From a virus, in the IMG/VR virus record IMGVR_UViG_3300048687_000113, positions 45,244 to 109,243 of that record: a DNA stretch of 64,000 bases, one strand, 5' to 3'. Made by a program: the position numbers and the translations under genes. The first letter of the stretch is position 1. The number at the start of each line of letters is the position of its first letter. Positions 36,729 through 46,409 of the stretch are shown piece by piece. A model generated the notes under the pieces. It saw only the letters and a list, made by a program, of their open reading frames with translations. It was not told the DNA's origin and searched no databases.

Positions 36729-39629
36729 GTGGCCACCCCACCCCCGCCGCCCAATCCGCCCCCCGCCCCGACGAACCAACTCGGCAACCAGATCGACGCC
36801 TTGACCAGGGCGTTCACCAGTTTCACCAACCGGTTCGCGAGTTCGGCCGGCCTCGGCACGCTGAGCATGGGGGCCTATGGCCCCATGGGCGGACAGACCC
36901 GCCAGGATCACCAGCTCGGCAATCTCCAGCAGCAGTACCTCCAGACGAACCAGGCGCACATCGTCGCCCGCCAGCGCATGGAGGACGACGTCCAGCAGCA
37001 GCAGATCCGCTGGGCACAGCAGCGGCGCACGCAACTGGGCATCATCAACAATCCGAGGTCCACGCTCGCCCAGGAGACCGAGGCCCGCCAGCGCCTCGGA
37101 GAGGGCTCGCAGCTCAACCGGATTCGCACGGACGCCATCGACCGCGACTGGCAACTGCGGGAGAACAACTTCTCCGGGTCGATGGTCCGCATGAACTCCG
37201 ACATGGACCGGCTGCGCCAGCAGTCCGCCCAGACGACCACCATGAACCGGCTCGCGTTCGCCGGCCAGGTCACCGGCTCCGTCGTCGGGGCCGCGAGGAG
37301 CTACTACAGCGGCGACATCGAAGAACAGCTCGGCCAGTTCGAGCGGCGCCTGTCACTCCAGCGTCCCTCGTGGAAGGGCACCTCCGGCGAGCGAGCGCGC
37401 AGCCTCGGCTACGAGATGAAGCGCAACGGCTCGCTGCTCTGGGCCACCTCGAACGAGGACGCCATCGGCGGGCAGACGGACATCCTCAACCAGAACCCCT
37501 ACGACCAGTACACGCGTCAGACCCGCCGGGCCACCGGAGCCGCCTACGTCACCCCCGGCCTGGGCGTTCAGGGCGGCGCGCAGATGCAGCAGGAACTCGG
37601 CACCGGTCAAGCCTTCTACGCGTCCCAAATGTTCGGCCTGGCGCCGACGCGGTTCGGCGGCGGTGAGCAGAATTCCCCGGCCGCGATGGCGCTGTCGCTC
37701 GCGCAGAGGGTGAATGGCGGTGACTTCAAGAACCTGACTGGCTCCGAGCTGCATGCCCAGCTCGCCCAGGGCGGCTCGCTGTCCATGTCGATGGCCAACT
37801 GGGGCAAGGCTGCCGGGGTTTCCGGCCAGTCGCTCGAAGCCATGCGCAACCAGACCGAGCTTCTGCGCGACTTGGTCAACCCGGAGAAGAAGGGCCTGAA
37901 GGGGGTTTCGGAGAAGCGTGCTCTGAAGCTGATCGAAAACGCGGGCCGGCACGACGACACCGGCGAAGAGTCCCGCGAGGAGATTCAGAAGTACTCCGAC
38001 AGCGTCGGCAAGAGCTACCAGGACTCCCAGCGCTTCCTCGCCGGCACCAGCCGCGAGGGGCATCTGCCCGCCAGCGCCAGCTTCCTCGACGCCGCGCGGG
38101 CCAGCGCCGACACCCTCGCCGACATCAAGACGATTCTGCAAAAGGCCCTCGAACCGATGGCCGACGCGATCGGCTCCGTGGCCGGCAGCTCCAAGGGAGG
38201 CGGGTTCTGGGGGTCGTTGGGGTCCGGCCTGAAGTCCGGGTGGAACTGGGGCGACAACCTCGTCTTCGGCGACGCCGGCGAGGGGACCGAACAGGACTCC
38301 CTCGCCAAGAAGGCATGGCGGGGCATCAGCGGGATCTTCGGCGGTGATTCCGGTACGCCGGAGTCCAAGCAGGGCAGCTCGGGGAAGAAGAAGTCGGACT
38401 CGGCCGGCGTCGCGGGCGGCGGCGTCAGCAGCGCCATCGGATTCGCCCGCGCGCAGCTCGGCGACCGCTACGTGCTGGGCGCCACCGGCCCCAACGCCTG
38501 GGACTGCTCAAGCCTCATGCAGGCCGCCTACAAGAAGGCCGGCGTCAACCTGCCGCGAGTCACCTACGACCAGATCAAAAAGGGCGTCGAAGTCCCGATG
38601 GACGAGATCAAGCCTGGCGATCTCGTGTTCTACAAAGACCTCTCCCACGTCGGGATGTACACCGGAAGCGGCAAAGTACTCGAAGCCGCGAATCCCGGGC
38701 GAGGCGTCGTCGAAGGCCCGATGTACTCAAAGTTCAAGAGGGCCCGGCGCGTTCTGGCCGGCGGCATGGAGGCCAAGGCCAGCCTTTCCGGAGAGAACGA
38801 AGATCCGACCTCTTCGCAGTCCGGAGGCGGCGGACTCAAGATATCGGGCGCCTACGGGTCCGTAGAAGAGGTCGACGCGCTTGCCGCAGCATTGTCGGGC
38901 GGCGGCGGTGACCAGGCCGTCAGCCGCACCCCGAGTGCCTCGCAGAACGAAGAGGCCGAGGACGAGGGGAGCAGCGACGCCGGCAAGGATGCCCCGCACA
39001 ACGTGCAGAAGAACGTCGCACTCGGCAAGAAGATGGCCGCCTCCTACGGCTGGACGGGCAGTAACTGGACCGCGCTCTACAAGCTGTGGATGGGCGAGTC
39101 CGGGTGGCGGCACTGGGCCGACAACCCCAACTCCGACGCGTACGGCATCCCGCAGGCGATGTCGAACATCCATAAGGAGACCGCGACTGCCGCCTGGCGC
39201 AACTCCCCCGAGAAGCAGATCGCTTGGGGTCTGAAATACATCAAGGGCCGCTACGGCAGCCCCTCCCGGGCGTGGTCGTTCTGGAACTCCAAGAGTCCCC
39301 ACTGGTATGCCGACGGCGCATGGGAAGTGCCGGGACAGTCCGGTGAAGGCATCGACGCGAAATTGCACGGCGGCGAAATGGTGCTGGAGCGCAATGCCGC
39401 TCACACCGTCCGCCAGGCGCTCCTCAACCAGGGACTGACACCGTCACCGAACCAGGGCTCTGGCGCCTCCGGCGGCTCCACGGGGTCGGTCACGCTCCAG
39501 TTCGGCGCCGGCTCCGTCGTCGTGCAGATGCCGGCCGCCACCGCCGAGGGCGCGAAGTCGGCCGCCAGCTCCTTCGTCAGCTACGTCGCCGCCGACGACC
39601 GCATCAAGTCCCTGATGGGGGGCTGGTAG
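36729..39629 (+). CDS. tape measure protein with NlpC/P60 and lytic transglycosylase domains
   Basis: QLGDRYVLGATGPNAWDCSSL...SHVGMY (NlpC/P60); LWMGESGW...AYGIPQA...QIAWGLKYIKGRYGSP (SLT); LHGGEMVL. Confidence 0.9.
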   Translation: MATPPPPPNPPPAPTNQLGNQIDALTRAFTSFTNRFASSAGLGTLSMGAYGPMGGQTRQDHQLGNLQQQYLQTNQAHIVARQRMEDDVQQQQIRWAQQRRTQLGIINNPRSTLAQETEARQRLGEGSQLNRIRTDAIDRDWQLRENNFSGSMVRMNSDMDRLRQQSAQTTTMNRLAFAGQVTGSVVGAARSYYSGDIEEQLGQFERRLSLQRPSWKGTSGERARSLGYEMKRNGSLLWATSNEDAIGGQTDILNQNPYDQYTRQTRRATGAAYVTPGLGVQGGAQMQQELGTGQAFYASQMFGLAPTRFGGGEQNSPAAMALSLAQRVNGGDFKNLTGSELHAQLAQGGSLSMSMANWGKAAGVSGQSLEAMRNQTELLRDLVNPEKKGLKGVSEKRALKLIENAGRHDDTGEESREEIQKYSDSVGKSYQDSQRFLAGTSREGHLPASASFLDAARASADTLADIKTILQKALEPMADAIGSVAGSSKGGGFWGSLGSGLKSGWNWGDNLVFGDAGEGTEQDSLAKKAWRGISGIFGGDSGTPESKQGSSGKKKSDSAGVAGGGVSSAIGFARAQLGDRYVLGATGPNAWDCSSLMQAAYKKAGVNLPRVTYDQIKKGVEVPMDEIKPGDLVFYKDLSHVGMYTGSGKVLEAANPGRGVVEGPMYSKFKRARRVLAGGMEAKASLSGENEDPTSSQSGGGGLKISGAYGSVEEVDALAAALSGGGGDQAVSRTPSASQNEEAEDEGSSDAGKDAPHNVQKNVALGKKMAASYGWTGSNWTALYKLWMGESGWRHWADNPNSDAYGIPQAMSNIHKETATAAWRNSPEKQIAWGLKYIKGRYGSPSRAWSFWNSKSPHWYADGAWEVPGQSGEGIDAKLHGGEMVLERNAAHTVRQALLNQGLTPSPNQGSGASGGSTGSVTLQFGAGSVVVQMPAATAEGAKSAASSFVSYVAADDRIKSLMGGW

Positions 39630-39712
39630 CAGCCATCGCCCCGCACTGTTTCTGAGACTCATGGCCAGCCTTCATTTCTGCTCGGTTCCGCTGGCGGAAC
39701 TGGAGGCTTCAC

Positions 39713-40435
39713 ATGGCCGAGAAGAAGTCGGACGGTCCGGTCAATCTGCCAGCCAAGGGGATCTGGGAGAACACGTTCGACCGCCGAATCCAGAACATCC
39801 CTTCTTACCTTCCCGGCGAGCCGGGGACCAGCTTCGGGCTCCAGCGGGGCTACATGGTCTCCGCGTTCCCGAAGGACAGCAAGGCCAAGAAAAACCGGTT
39901 CTACATGCTGAATTTCCTGTACAACCCGTCGCAGGTCAGCGTGAACCACAGTACCGACGCAGCGAATCAGGTCATGCCGGCGTACACGCGCTCCGACTTG
40001 GACAACGGGATGCCGTTGGTAGCGGCGGGCGGCTCGCTGTCCTTCGCGCTGCTTTTCGACCGCACCTACGAGATGTCGGACCCCACCAAGTTCGACACGA
40101 TCGAGGGCACATACGGGGTGATGGCCGATGTGCACGTGCTCTACAACCTCCTCGGCATCACCGCGACGCAGAAGGTCAAGGAAACCGGCAGTGAGGGCGA
40201 CAACACCTACGACGGCAACGTGCTCGGCATTATGCAGATGAGCCCGCTGTGGTGTCGCTTCGGGCAGGCCCGCCACTCTTTCAAGGACAAGCTGCCGGCG
40301 ATCTCCAGAATGGAGTACTTCGGGTACGTCAACAACATCGGGATTACCTATAGCCATTTCACGCAGCGTATGACGCCTGTGCGGTGCGCCGTCGACATCA
40401 GCATGACGCTCATGTCGTCCTACGGATGGGTGTGA
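39713..40435 (+). CDS. tail tube initiator / baseplate protein
   Basis: FLYNP, LSFALLFDRT, YSHFT..M.P.RC. Confidence 0.75.
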   Translation: MAEKKSDGPVNLPAKGIWENTFDRRIQNIPSYLPGEPGTSFGLQRGYMVSAFPKDSKAKKNRFYMLNFLYNPSQVSVNHSTDAANQVMPAYTRSDLDNGMPLVAAGGSLSFALLFDRTYEMSDPTKFDTIEGTYGVMADVHVLYNLLGITATQKVKETGSEGDNTYDGNVLGIMQMSPLWCRFGQARHSFKDKLPAISRMEYFGYVNNIGITYSHFTQRMTPVRCAVDISMTLMSSYGWV

Positions 40436-40444
40436 GGAGAGGCA

Positions 40445-40729
40445 ATGGCCATTTCCCGGACGTCGCGATATCAGCGCAACGCGACGGCACTCGTCGCCGA
40501 CCGCAAAGGGCAGCTCCAGCTCGCCGTGATGCAGCGCTCGCCCACCGACCAGTCGCTGCGTGTGTCGGACTACCGGTGGCGCAGCGGCGAGCGTGTCGAC
40601 TCCGTCGCCAGCGAGTACTACGGCAGCGAGACGAGCTGGTGGATGTACGCCGAGGCGAACCCGCAGGTGCTCGACTGGACGAATCCGCCGGCCGGCCTTC
40701 AGATCATGGTGCCCCGTGGCGTGGCGTAA
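40445..40729 (+). CDS. LysM-like baseplate protein (gpX/gp53-like)
   Basis: SRY, GERVDSVASEYYG...WW..AEANP. Confidence 0.85.
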   Translation: MAISRTSRYQRNATALVADRKGQLQLAVMQRSPTDQSLRVSDYRWRSGERVDSVASEYYGSETSWWMYAEANPQVLDWTNPPAGLQIMVPRGVA

Positions 40730-41915
40730 CACGTACAAGCCCCATCTGACGGCCTCGCAGCCCGCGTTGGAGAGCGGCGCGTGGCTGTCGAGCTTCGAGC
40801 TGTATCAGGCCGAGCAGGCGCACCAGGTCGCCGAGCTGACGGTGATGCACACCTACAACCCCGCGCTGCCCTCCCAGCAGTGGCGGACCCCGGCCGGGTC
40901 GGTGTGGGCGGAGAACACGCCGGTTCATCTGAAGTTCGGGTGGTGGGCGGACGACAGCGCCGACTGGTACGGGTACGTGGCCTCCTCCCGGGTGCTCGCC
41001 TCGGAGAGCGATCCCCGTTATGGGCACGCGGTGCAGATACCCGTGGTCTACACGCTCACCGGCACCAGCATGCTGACGCAGACCCGCCGCAACCGGACCT
41101 GGCGCGACACCTCGGCGTCCGCCATTGCGAGGACAGTGGCCTCCGAGTACAACCTTCAGCCGCGAGTCGACGGCTCCAGCGTGGTCTTCGCGCAGCAGAT
41201 GCAGTCCATGAGCGACTGGCAGTTCCTGTGCGACATCTCCGACCAGATCGGCTACCGCGTCTACGTGGACGGCACCGTGATGTGGTTCGTGGACCGCGAG
41301 ACGGTCATGCCGGCCTCCGACGGGAGCGTGCCTACGTTCCGGATGACTAAGGCGCCCGGGGCCATCGACACCTTGCGCGAGTTCTCGGCCGTCCTGGGCG
41401 ACACGGACCCCGCAGGAGGCGTCCGGGCGCGGTACCAGGCAGTGGCCTACAACCGCACCTCCAGCGTCCTCACACCGGCCACGTACTCCCAGAGCCGGAC
41501 CACTTTGCACGGGCAGCAGGTCGCGGCCCTCCTGGACCGGCAGTACGGCGACCGGCCGGCCGCGTCCTACAACCAGGCGAACCGGCTGCTGGCCGCCGAG
41601 TCGGACTGGCTGTGGGTCGAGGCCCGCGCGGAATCCAACGGGGACCCGCGCCTGAGGCCGGGCACACTCGTGGACCTCCAGGGCAACGCGGTCGGCGAGA
41701 GCAATCTGGGCCTGTGGATGGTGCGTTCCGCCGTCCACAAGATCAACATCAACCTGGTGTACCCGCAGAAGACGACGTACACCTCCACCCTCGTGCTCGG
41801 CCGCAACGACGCCCGCAAGTTGGACCTTCGGGTGCAGCAGCCGCCCGTGCATCCCGCGCCGACCGTCCTCGTCAACGGCCGCTGGCGGGCCGCGTACACG
41901 GGAGGGCTGACATGA
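40716..41915 (+). CDS. baseplate hub (gpD/gp27/VgrG-like)
   Basis: SASAIA..VA, SDWQFL, GDPRLRPG..V, G.WMVRSAVH. Confidence 0.85.
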   Translation: MAWRNTYKPHLTASQPALESGAWLSSFELYQAEQAHQVAELTVMHTYNPALPSQQWRTPAGSVWAENTPVHLKFGWWADDSADWYGYVASSRVLASESDPRYGHAVQIPVVYTLTGTSMLTQTRRNRTWRDTSASAIARTVASEYNLQPRVDGSSVVFAQQMQSMSDWQFLCDISDQIGYRVYVDGTVMWFVDRETVMPASDGSVPTFRMTKAPGAIDTLREFSAVLGDTDPAGGVRARYQAVAYNRTSSVLTPATYSQSRTTLHGQQVAALLDRQYGDRPAASYNQANRLLAAESDWLWVEARAESNGDPRLRPGTLVDLQGNAVGESNLGLWMVRSAVHKININLVYPQKTTYTSTLVLGRNDARKLDLRVQQPPVHPAPTVLVNGRWRAAYTGGLT

Positions 41916-42883
41916 CGGCTCTGTACGGGACCTACAGCGCCATCGTGGTCTCCGCCCAGGACCCGCAGCATCGCGGCCGGGCGCAACTGCGCATCCCCCA
42001 GATCATGGGGACGGCGGTGAGCGGCTGGGCAGTGCCGGTCACCCTCGGCGCGGTCCTGCCCGGCGACCAGGTGTACGTGATGTTCGACGGCGGCGACCGC
42101 TCGGTGCCGCTGTTTTGGCCTCAGCCGCGCGGCGGCGCACAGGGCTGGGTTCCACTGTCGCTGTCGGCCGGCTGGGCTCCTGGCATCAACGGGACGCCGT
42201 CGGCCCGCCTCGGCCAGGACGGCATGATCGAGCTGGCAGGGTCGATCACCACCGACACCCTCAGCGTCGGCGTCTCCACGAAGTTCTCGGCACTGCCCGG
42301 CGGCCTCGGCCGGCCGGTGCACCGGGTTATCCAGCCGGTCGCCACCGACTACCGCACCGCCTTCCGCTCCACGGTCGCGTTCGCCGAGTACCGCATCTCG
42401 CATTCGGTGACCTCCACGAGCTACGGCCCCGATGCCAACGGGCCCGTCGCCACGTTCGTCGCCCCCGGCAGCGGCGCCGCCGCCATCGTCTTCGGCGCAC
42501 ACGTACAGAACACGGTCAGCACAGGGCGTGCCGTAATGAGCCTCCAGGTCTCGGGAACCACCGGCGTGGTCGCCCCGGCCGACGACAACCACGCGGCGGA
42601 AGGCCAGAGCGCCAACAACGCCACCGTCGCCGGCTCCTACTTCCTGACCGGGCTCACCCCCGGCTCGACGTACACCGTCACCGCGATGTACCGCTCCGAC
42701 GGCACCAACAACTCGGCCACCTTCGACAACAAATGGATCACCGTGACGCCCACCGTCATGGACAACTCGCCGATGGCCCGCATCGCCGTCGAGACCAGCG
42801 GAGAGCTGCGCGCGCTCTTCGCCGCCTCGCACTATCCGCCGTACGCGGCCTCGCTGGACGGCGTGCGCGTGCGCGCCGTGTAA
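41912..42883 (+). CDS. baseplate spike (gpV/gp5 OB-fold) with C-terminal extension
   Basis: YGTYSAIV...DPQHRGR..L.IPQ, SGWA.P, PGDQVYVMFDGGD..PLFW. Confidence 0.85.
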   Translation: MTALYGTYSAIVVSAQDPQHRGRAQLRIPQIMGTAVSGWAVPVTLGAVLPGDQVYVMFDGGDRSVPLFWPQPRGGAQGWVPLSLSAGWAPGINGTPSARLGQDGMIELAGSITTDTLSVGVSTKFSALPGGLGRPVHRVIQPVATDYRTAFRSTVAFAEYRISHSVTSTSYGPDANGPVATFVAPGSGAAAIVFGAHVQNTVSTGRAVMSLQVSGTTGVVAPADDNHAAEGQSANNATVAGSYFLTGLTPGSTYTVTAMYRSDGTNNSATFDNKWITVTPTVMDNSPMARIAVETSGELRALFAASHYPPYAASLDGVRVRAV

Positions 42884-42896
42884 AGGAGAGAAGGCA

Positions 42897-43988
42897 GTGG
42901 CCTACCCGAACTTCCGCCACCTGGCAGCCGACAAGATCCTCGGCATCGACTACGACATCAAGAACCGCTACGGGTCGGGCACCTACCTGCTGCATGCCGC
43001 GATCCACGGCGGCGGCATCGAGCCGCCCACCTCCCAGCTCGCGGCCTACTGCGCCGGCGACGGCGCCTGGTACTCCTTCGAGGCCCTCAACGACCTCACC
43101 GCCCAGACCGTCAAACTGCCGGCCGTAGCCTTCGACGAGCCGTTCTGCGTCGTGAACGCCGGCAACTCCAGCCGGACCGTGGTGTGGCACGGCGTGGACG
43201 ACCAGCGCGAGGCCGAGCAGGTCACGTACATCAGCGGCGCCGACTCCGTGCTGGCCTCGCTGATCGTCCAGGAACTCGTCGCCGCCGGCTTCCAGACCGA
43301 CCGCGCCCCGGTCACGTTCGAGGGCGAGACCCCGCAGAACATCTGCAACCGCAACAAGGCTCGGGCAGGTGTCCAGCTCGACCTCTCCTACACCCTGCGC
43401 AAGTCGTTCTACGCGAGCGGGGACCTCTCCACGGCCGCCCTCTCCCAGCCCGACAACCGGCTGCCGGCCTTCTTCGCCTACGGCGACGCCATCCGCCGGG
43501 CCTGCGCCCAAGTCCCCCTGGCGAGCGACACCGACGACGTCCCGCCGGTCATCACCCAGCCGCGCACGCCCGCCAGCCAGGACGTCAGCACCGCCATGCG
43601 CACCCCCTTCGCCATCGACCACTCCGGCGGTGTCTCGGCCACCACCGACGAGCGCGAGCAGCTCGTGGACCGGGTGCACGCCCTGGTGGGCACGCTGCCC
43701 GGTGAGCGCGTCATGCGCGCCACCTACGGTGTGCCGACCTCGGCCTCCCTGTTCGCGATCAACCCGGAGATCGCCAATGATCAGTTGCAGCGGGCCGTCA
43801 TCGACGCCGTCGCGCAGTTCGAGCCGTCCGCCGTGGTCTCCGCCATCGTCGCCGACGTGAACGAGAACCTGGGCTCGGTCAACGTCAACGTCCAGGTGAG
43901 CCGCGCCGACGTGCCCGGCGCCGAGCGCGACAACACGCGGTCGGTCGGCGTCCTGGTGGGCGGCACCGTCATTTCCACTCCGGAGTAA
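42897..43988 (+). CDS. poly-gamma-glutamate hydrolase (PghP-like) fused to gp25/gpW baseplate wedge domain
   Basis: AIHGGGIE.PTS, YSFEAL, FDEP, WHG, NICNR, GVQLDL; C-terminal PFAID...TLPGERVMRATYG...AVAQFEP. Confidence 0.85.
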   Translation: MAYPNFRHLAADKILGIDYDIKNRYGSGTYLLHAAIHGGGIEPPTSQLAAYCAGDGAWYSFEALNDLTAQTVKLPAVAFDEPFCVVNAGNSSRTVVWHGVDDQREAEQVTYISGADSVLASLIVQELVAAGFQTDRAPVTFEGETPQNICNRNKARAGVQLDLSYTLRKSFYASGDLSTAALSQPDNRLPAFFAYGDAIRRACAQVPLASDTDDVPPVITQPRTPASQDVSTAMRTPFAIDHSGGVSATTDEREQLVDRVHALVGTLPGERVMRATYGVPTSASLFAINPEIANDQLQRAVIDAVAQFEPSAVVSAIVADVNENLGSVNVNVQVSRADVPGAERDNTRSVGVLVGGTVISTPE

Positions 43989-44078
43989 TTAACGGGCATT
44001 CCGCCTGCCTCCGTAGAATCCCCTTATCAGGCCAGCACTCATTTCTCATTCGGTTCCGCTGGAGGAAACCGAGAGGAA

Positions 44079-45611
44079 GTGTGTGCCGTGGCAGTCGACA
44101 GCGGGTCCGTTGCGCAGATCGACTACACCTCCCGCGATTTCACGGGCTATCGCGACTCGCTGCTCCAGTACGCAACGCAGATCCTGCCGGAATGGACGAG
44201 CCGCTCACCCGCCGATTTCGGCGTGGTGATGGTGGAACTTTTCTCCTACGTCGGCGACATCATCAGCTTCTATCAGGACAGGATCGCCGACGAATCCTTC
44301 CTCGCCACCGCCACCCAGCGCTCCAGCGTGGTGGCCATCTCCCAGCAGCTCGGATACCAGCCGCACCCCGCGATCCCCGCGACCGGACAGGTGGCCTTCT
44401 CGCCCGCTCCCGGCCTGGTCTCCCCGGTCACGCTCGACGCCGGCACCCAGGTGATCACGGAATACCTACCGAGCCTGGACCGGCCCATCGTCTACGAGCT
44501 GACCTCTCCCGTCGTCGTGCCGGCCTACACCACTCCCGTGCCGCAGGTCGTCGGTCTGGTCGCCGAGGGGGCCACCCAGGGCGACCGCAGTCTGGTGCTG
44601 TACCCCTCGACGTCGGGTGAGGCCGGCTCCACGGTCCGCGTCGAGGACATCGGCACCTCGGACGGCACCAAGTCGCAGACCTTCGCCCTGGCCCAGTCCC
44701 AGGCGCTGCTCGACACGGTGCGCATCTTCCTCGATGACGGGGTGGGCGGCACCGAGTGGACACGAGTCTCCGACTTCCTCCTGGTGCGCGACAGCGACCT
44801 CGTTTTCACCGCCGAGACCGACGACCAGGGCGTCACTCACGTGACGTTCGGCGACGGGACCAACGGAGCGCTGCCGGCCACCGGCATCAAGCTCACGGCG
44901 GCATACCGGACCGGGGGCGGCTCGTACGGCAACATCCCGCAGGGTTCGATCATCGATCTCGCCGATGCGCTGCCCGGCGTCGTGGTGGCCGGCTCCGCCC
45001 CGATGGCCGGCGGCGCGGACGAGGAGCCGACCGACCAGGTCCGGGAGAACGCCCCGCGCTTGTTCCGCACGCAGGGCCGGGCGGTCTCCGCCCAGGACTA
45101 CGCGGACCTGGCCCTGGCCGTGCCCGGCATCGCCGACGCCCGTGCCGTGGTCCGCTCGTCCAGCGCCGTGACCATCTATGTCGTCGGCCCGAACAACATC
45201 CTCCCGAGCGAAGGCCAGAGAGACTCCGTCGCCCAGTACGTGCAGGACCGCGCCCTGTCGGGGGTCGTGGTCAACGTGGTCAACGGCTCGCTGATCCCGG
45301 TGAACATCGGCTCCAGCACCGCGCCCGTGCTCCTGTCGGTACTGCCGCGCTATCGCCGCGACACGGTGAAGCTCGCGGTGCAGCAGGCCGTTCAGAAGGT
45401 CTTCACGCCTCCCGAGACCACGCTTTCCTCCCGTATCTCGATTTCGCACCTCTACAAGGCCATTCAGCAGGTCGCGGGCGTCGACTGGGCCGTCATTCAG
45501 CTCATGGCCCGCTCCGATCTCCCGCAGTCCGGCACCGCCGATGTCGTCTGCCGCGACAACGAAATCCCGATCGTCGGCAACGTCGTGATCACCGCCAGCG
45601 GCGGAGTATAG
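44079..45611 (+). CDS. baseplate J / gp6-like wedge protein
   Basis: IDYTSRDF, ADFGVV.VELFSY.GD, FGDGTNG, GGADEE, RAVSAQDY. Confidence 0.92.
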   Translation: MCAVAVDSGSVAQIDYTSRDFTGYRDSLLQYATQILPEWTSRSPADFGVVMVELFSYVGDIISFYQDRIADESFLATATQRSSVVAISQQLGYQPHPAIPATGQVAFSPAPGLVSPVTLDAGTQVITEYLPSLDRPIVYELTSPVVVPAYTTPVPQVVGLVAEGATQGDRSLVLYPSTSGEAGSTVRVEDIGTSDGTKSQTFALAQSQALLDTVRIFLDDGVGGTEWTRVSDFLLVRDSDLVFTAETDDQGVTHVTFGDGTNGALPATGIKLTAAYRTGGGSYGNIPQGSIIDLADALPGVVVAGSAPMAGGADEEPTDQVRENAPRLFRTQGRAVSAQDYADLALAVPGIADARAVVRSSSAVTIYVVGPNNILPSEGQRDSVAQYVQDRALSGVVVNVVNGSLIPVNIGSSTAPVLLSVLPRYRRDTVKLAVQQAVQKVFTPPETTLSSRISISHLYKAIQQVAGVDWAVIQLMARSDLPQSGTADVVCRDNEIPIVGNVVITASGGV

Positions 45612-45622
45612 GAGCCCAGGCC

Positions 45623-46399
45623 ATGCCCGCTGTCTACCCCCTGAATGTGCGCGCCTTCACGCCGAAGACCGACAATGTCGACGTCATCTGGGCCGCCCAC
45701 GTCAATGACCTCCAAAACGAGGTGTCCGCCGTCGAGCGCACCGTGGGCGCGAATCCCCATGCGTGGGGCGGCTGGTGGCCGAGCGGAAATACGAGCTGGC
45801 CGCCGAAGACCGGCACTTTCACGGTGAAGACACCCGCACCGGTACCCAACTTCGGTGCGGGAAAGATCTATTCGTCGGTGTCCGACCGCCTCAAGGCCGT
45901 GCAGCAGCAGACGACCTGGCTGACCTTGATGACATCGCTGCTGGCGGGGCAGTCCGGGCAGAAGCCCGCCCCGCCGCCGGCCGCCGTGATCCGGGCGCCG
46001 GGACTCAAGGTCCCCACAGGCGAGGGCGCGTGGACCCCCATGCGATGGGGTGCGGCCGATTACGACCCGAACAAGATGTACCACGGGGGCAGTTCCATTT
46101 ACGCGCCGCAGAGCGGCTTTTGGGACATCACCGTGAATATCTGGGGCGACTCCACGGTGAGGAAGGCCAACGATCTGCACTTCTTCCATGTGCGGCTCAT
46201 GCGCGGAAATGATGAGGTGGCCGGCCAGGACTCGATGGTGGAAACCCAGACGTGGATTCGCCATCGCATCAACCTGGCCTGGCAGGGCCGTTGGAATGCG
46301 GGGGTGCCGATGCAGGTCCAGGTGAGCCAGCACGGCGCCGTCGATAAGACGGTCGACGCCAACGCCAGCATTTCGCTGTCGTTCGTGCGCTCGTACTGA
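45623..46399 (+). CDS. tail fiber-like structural protein
   Basis: AAHVNDLQNEVSAVE..VG; C-terminal C1q-like beta domain. Confidence 0.7.
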   Translation: MPAVYPLNVRAFTPKTDNVDVIWAAHVNDLQNEVSAVERTVGANPHAWGGWWPSGNTSWPPKTGTFTVKTPAPVPNFGAGKIYSSVSDRLKAVQQQTTWLTLMTSLLAGQSGQKPAPPPAAVIRAPGLKVPTGEGAWTPMRWGAADYDPNKMYHGGSSIYAPQSGFWDITVNIWGDSTVRKANDLHFFHVRLMRGNDEVAGQDSMVETQTWIRHRINLAWQGRWNAGVPMQVQVSQHGAVDKTVDANASISLSFVRSY

Positions 46400-46409
46400 G
46401 GGGGCCGGC

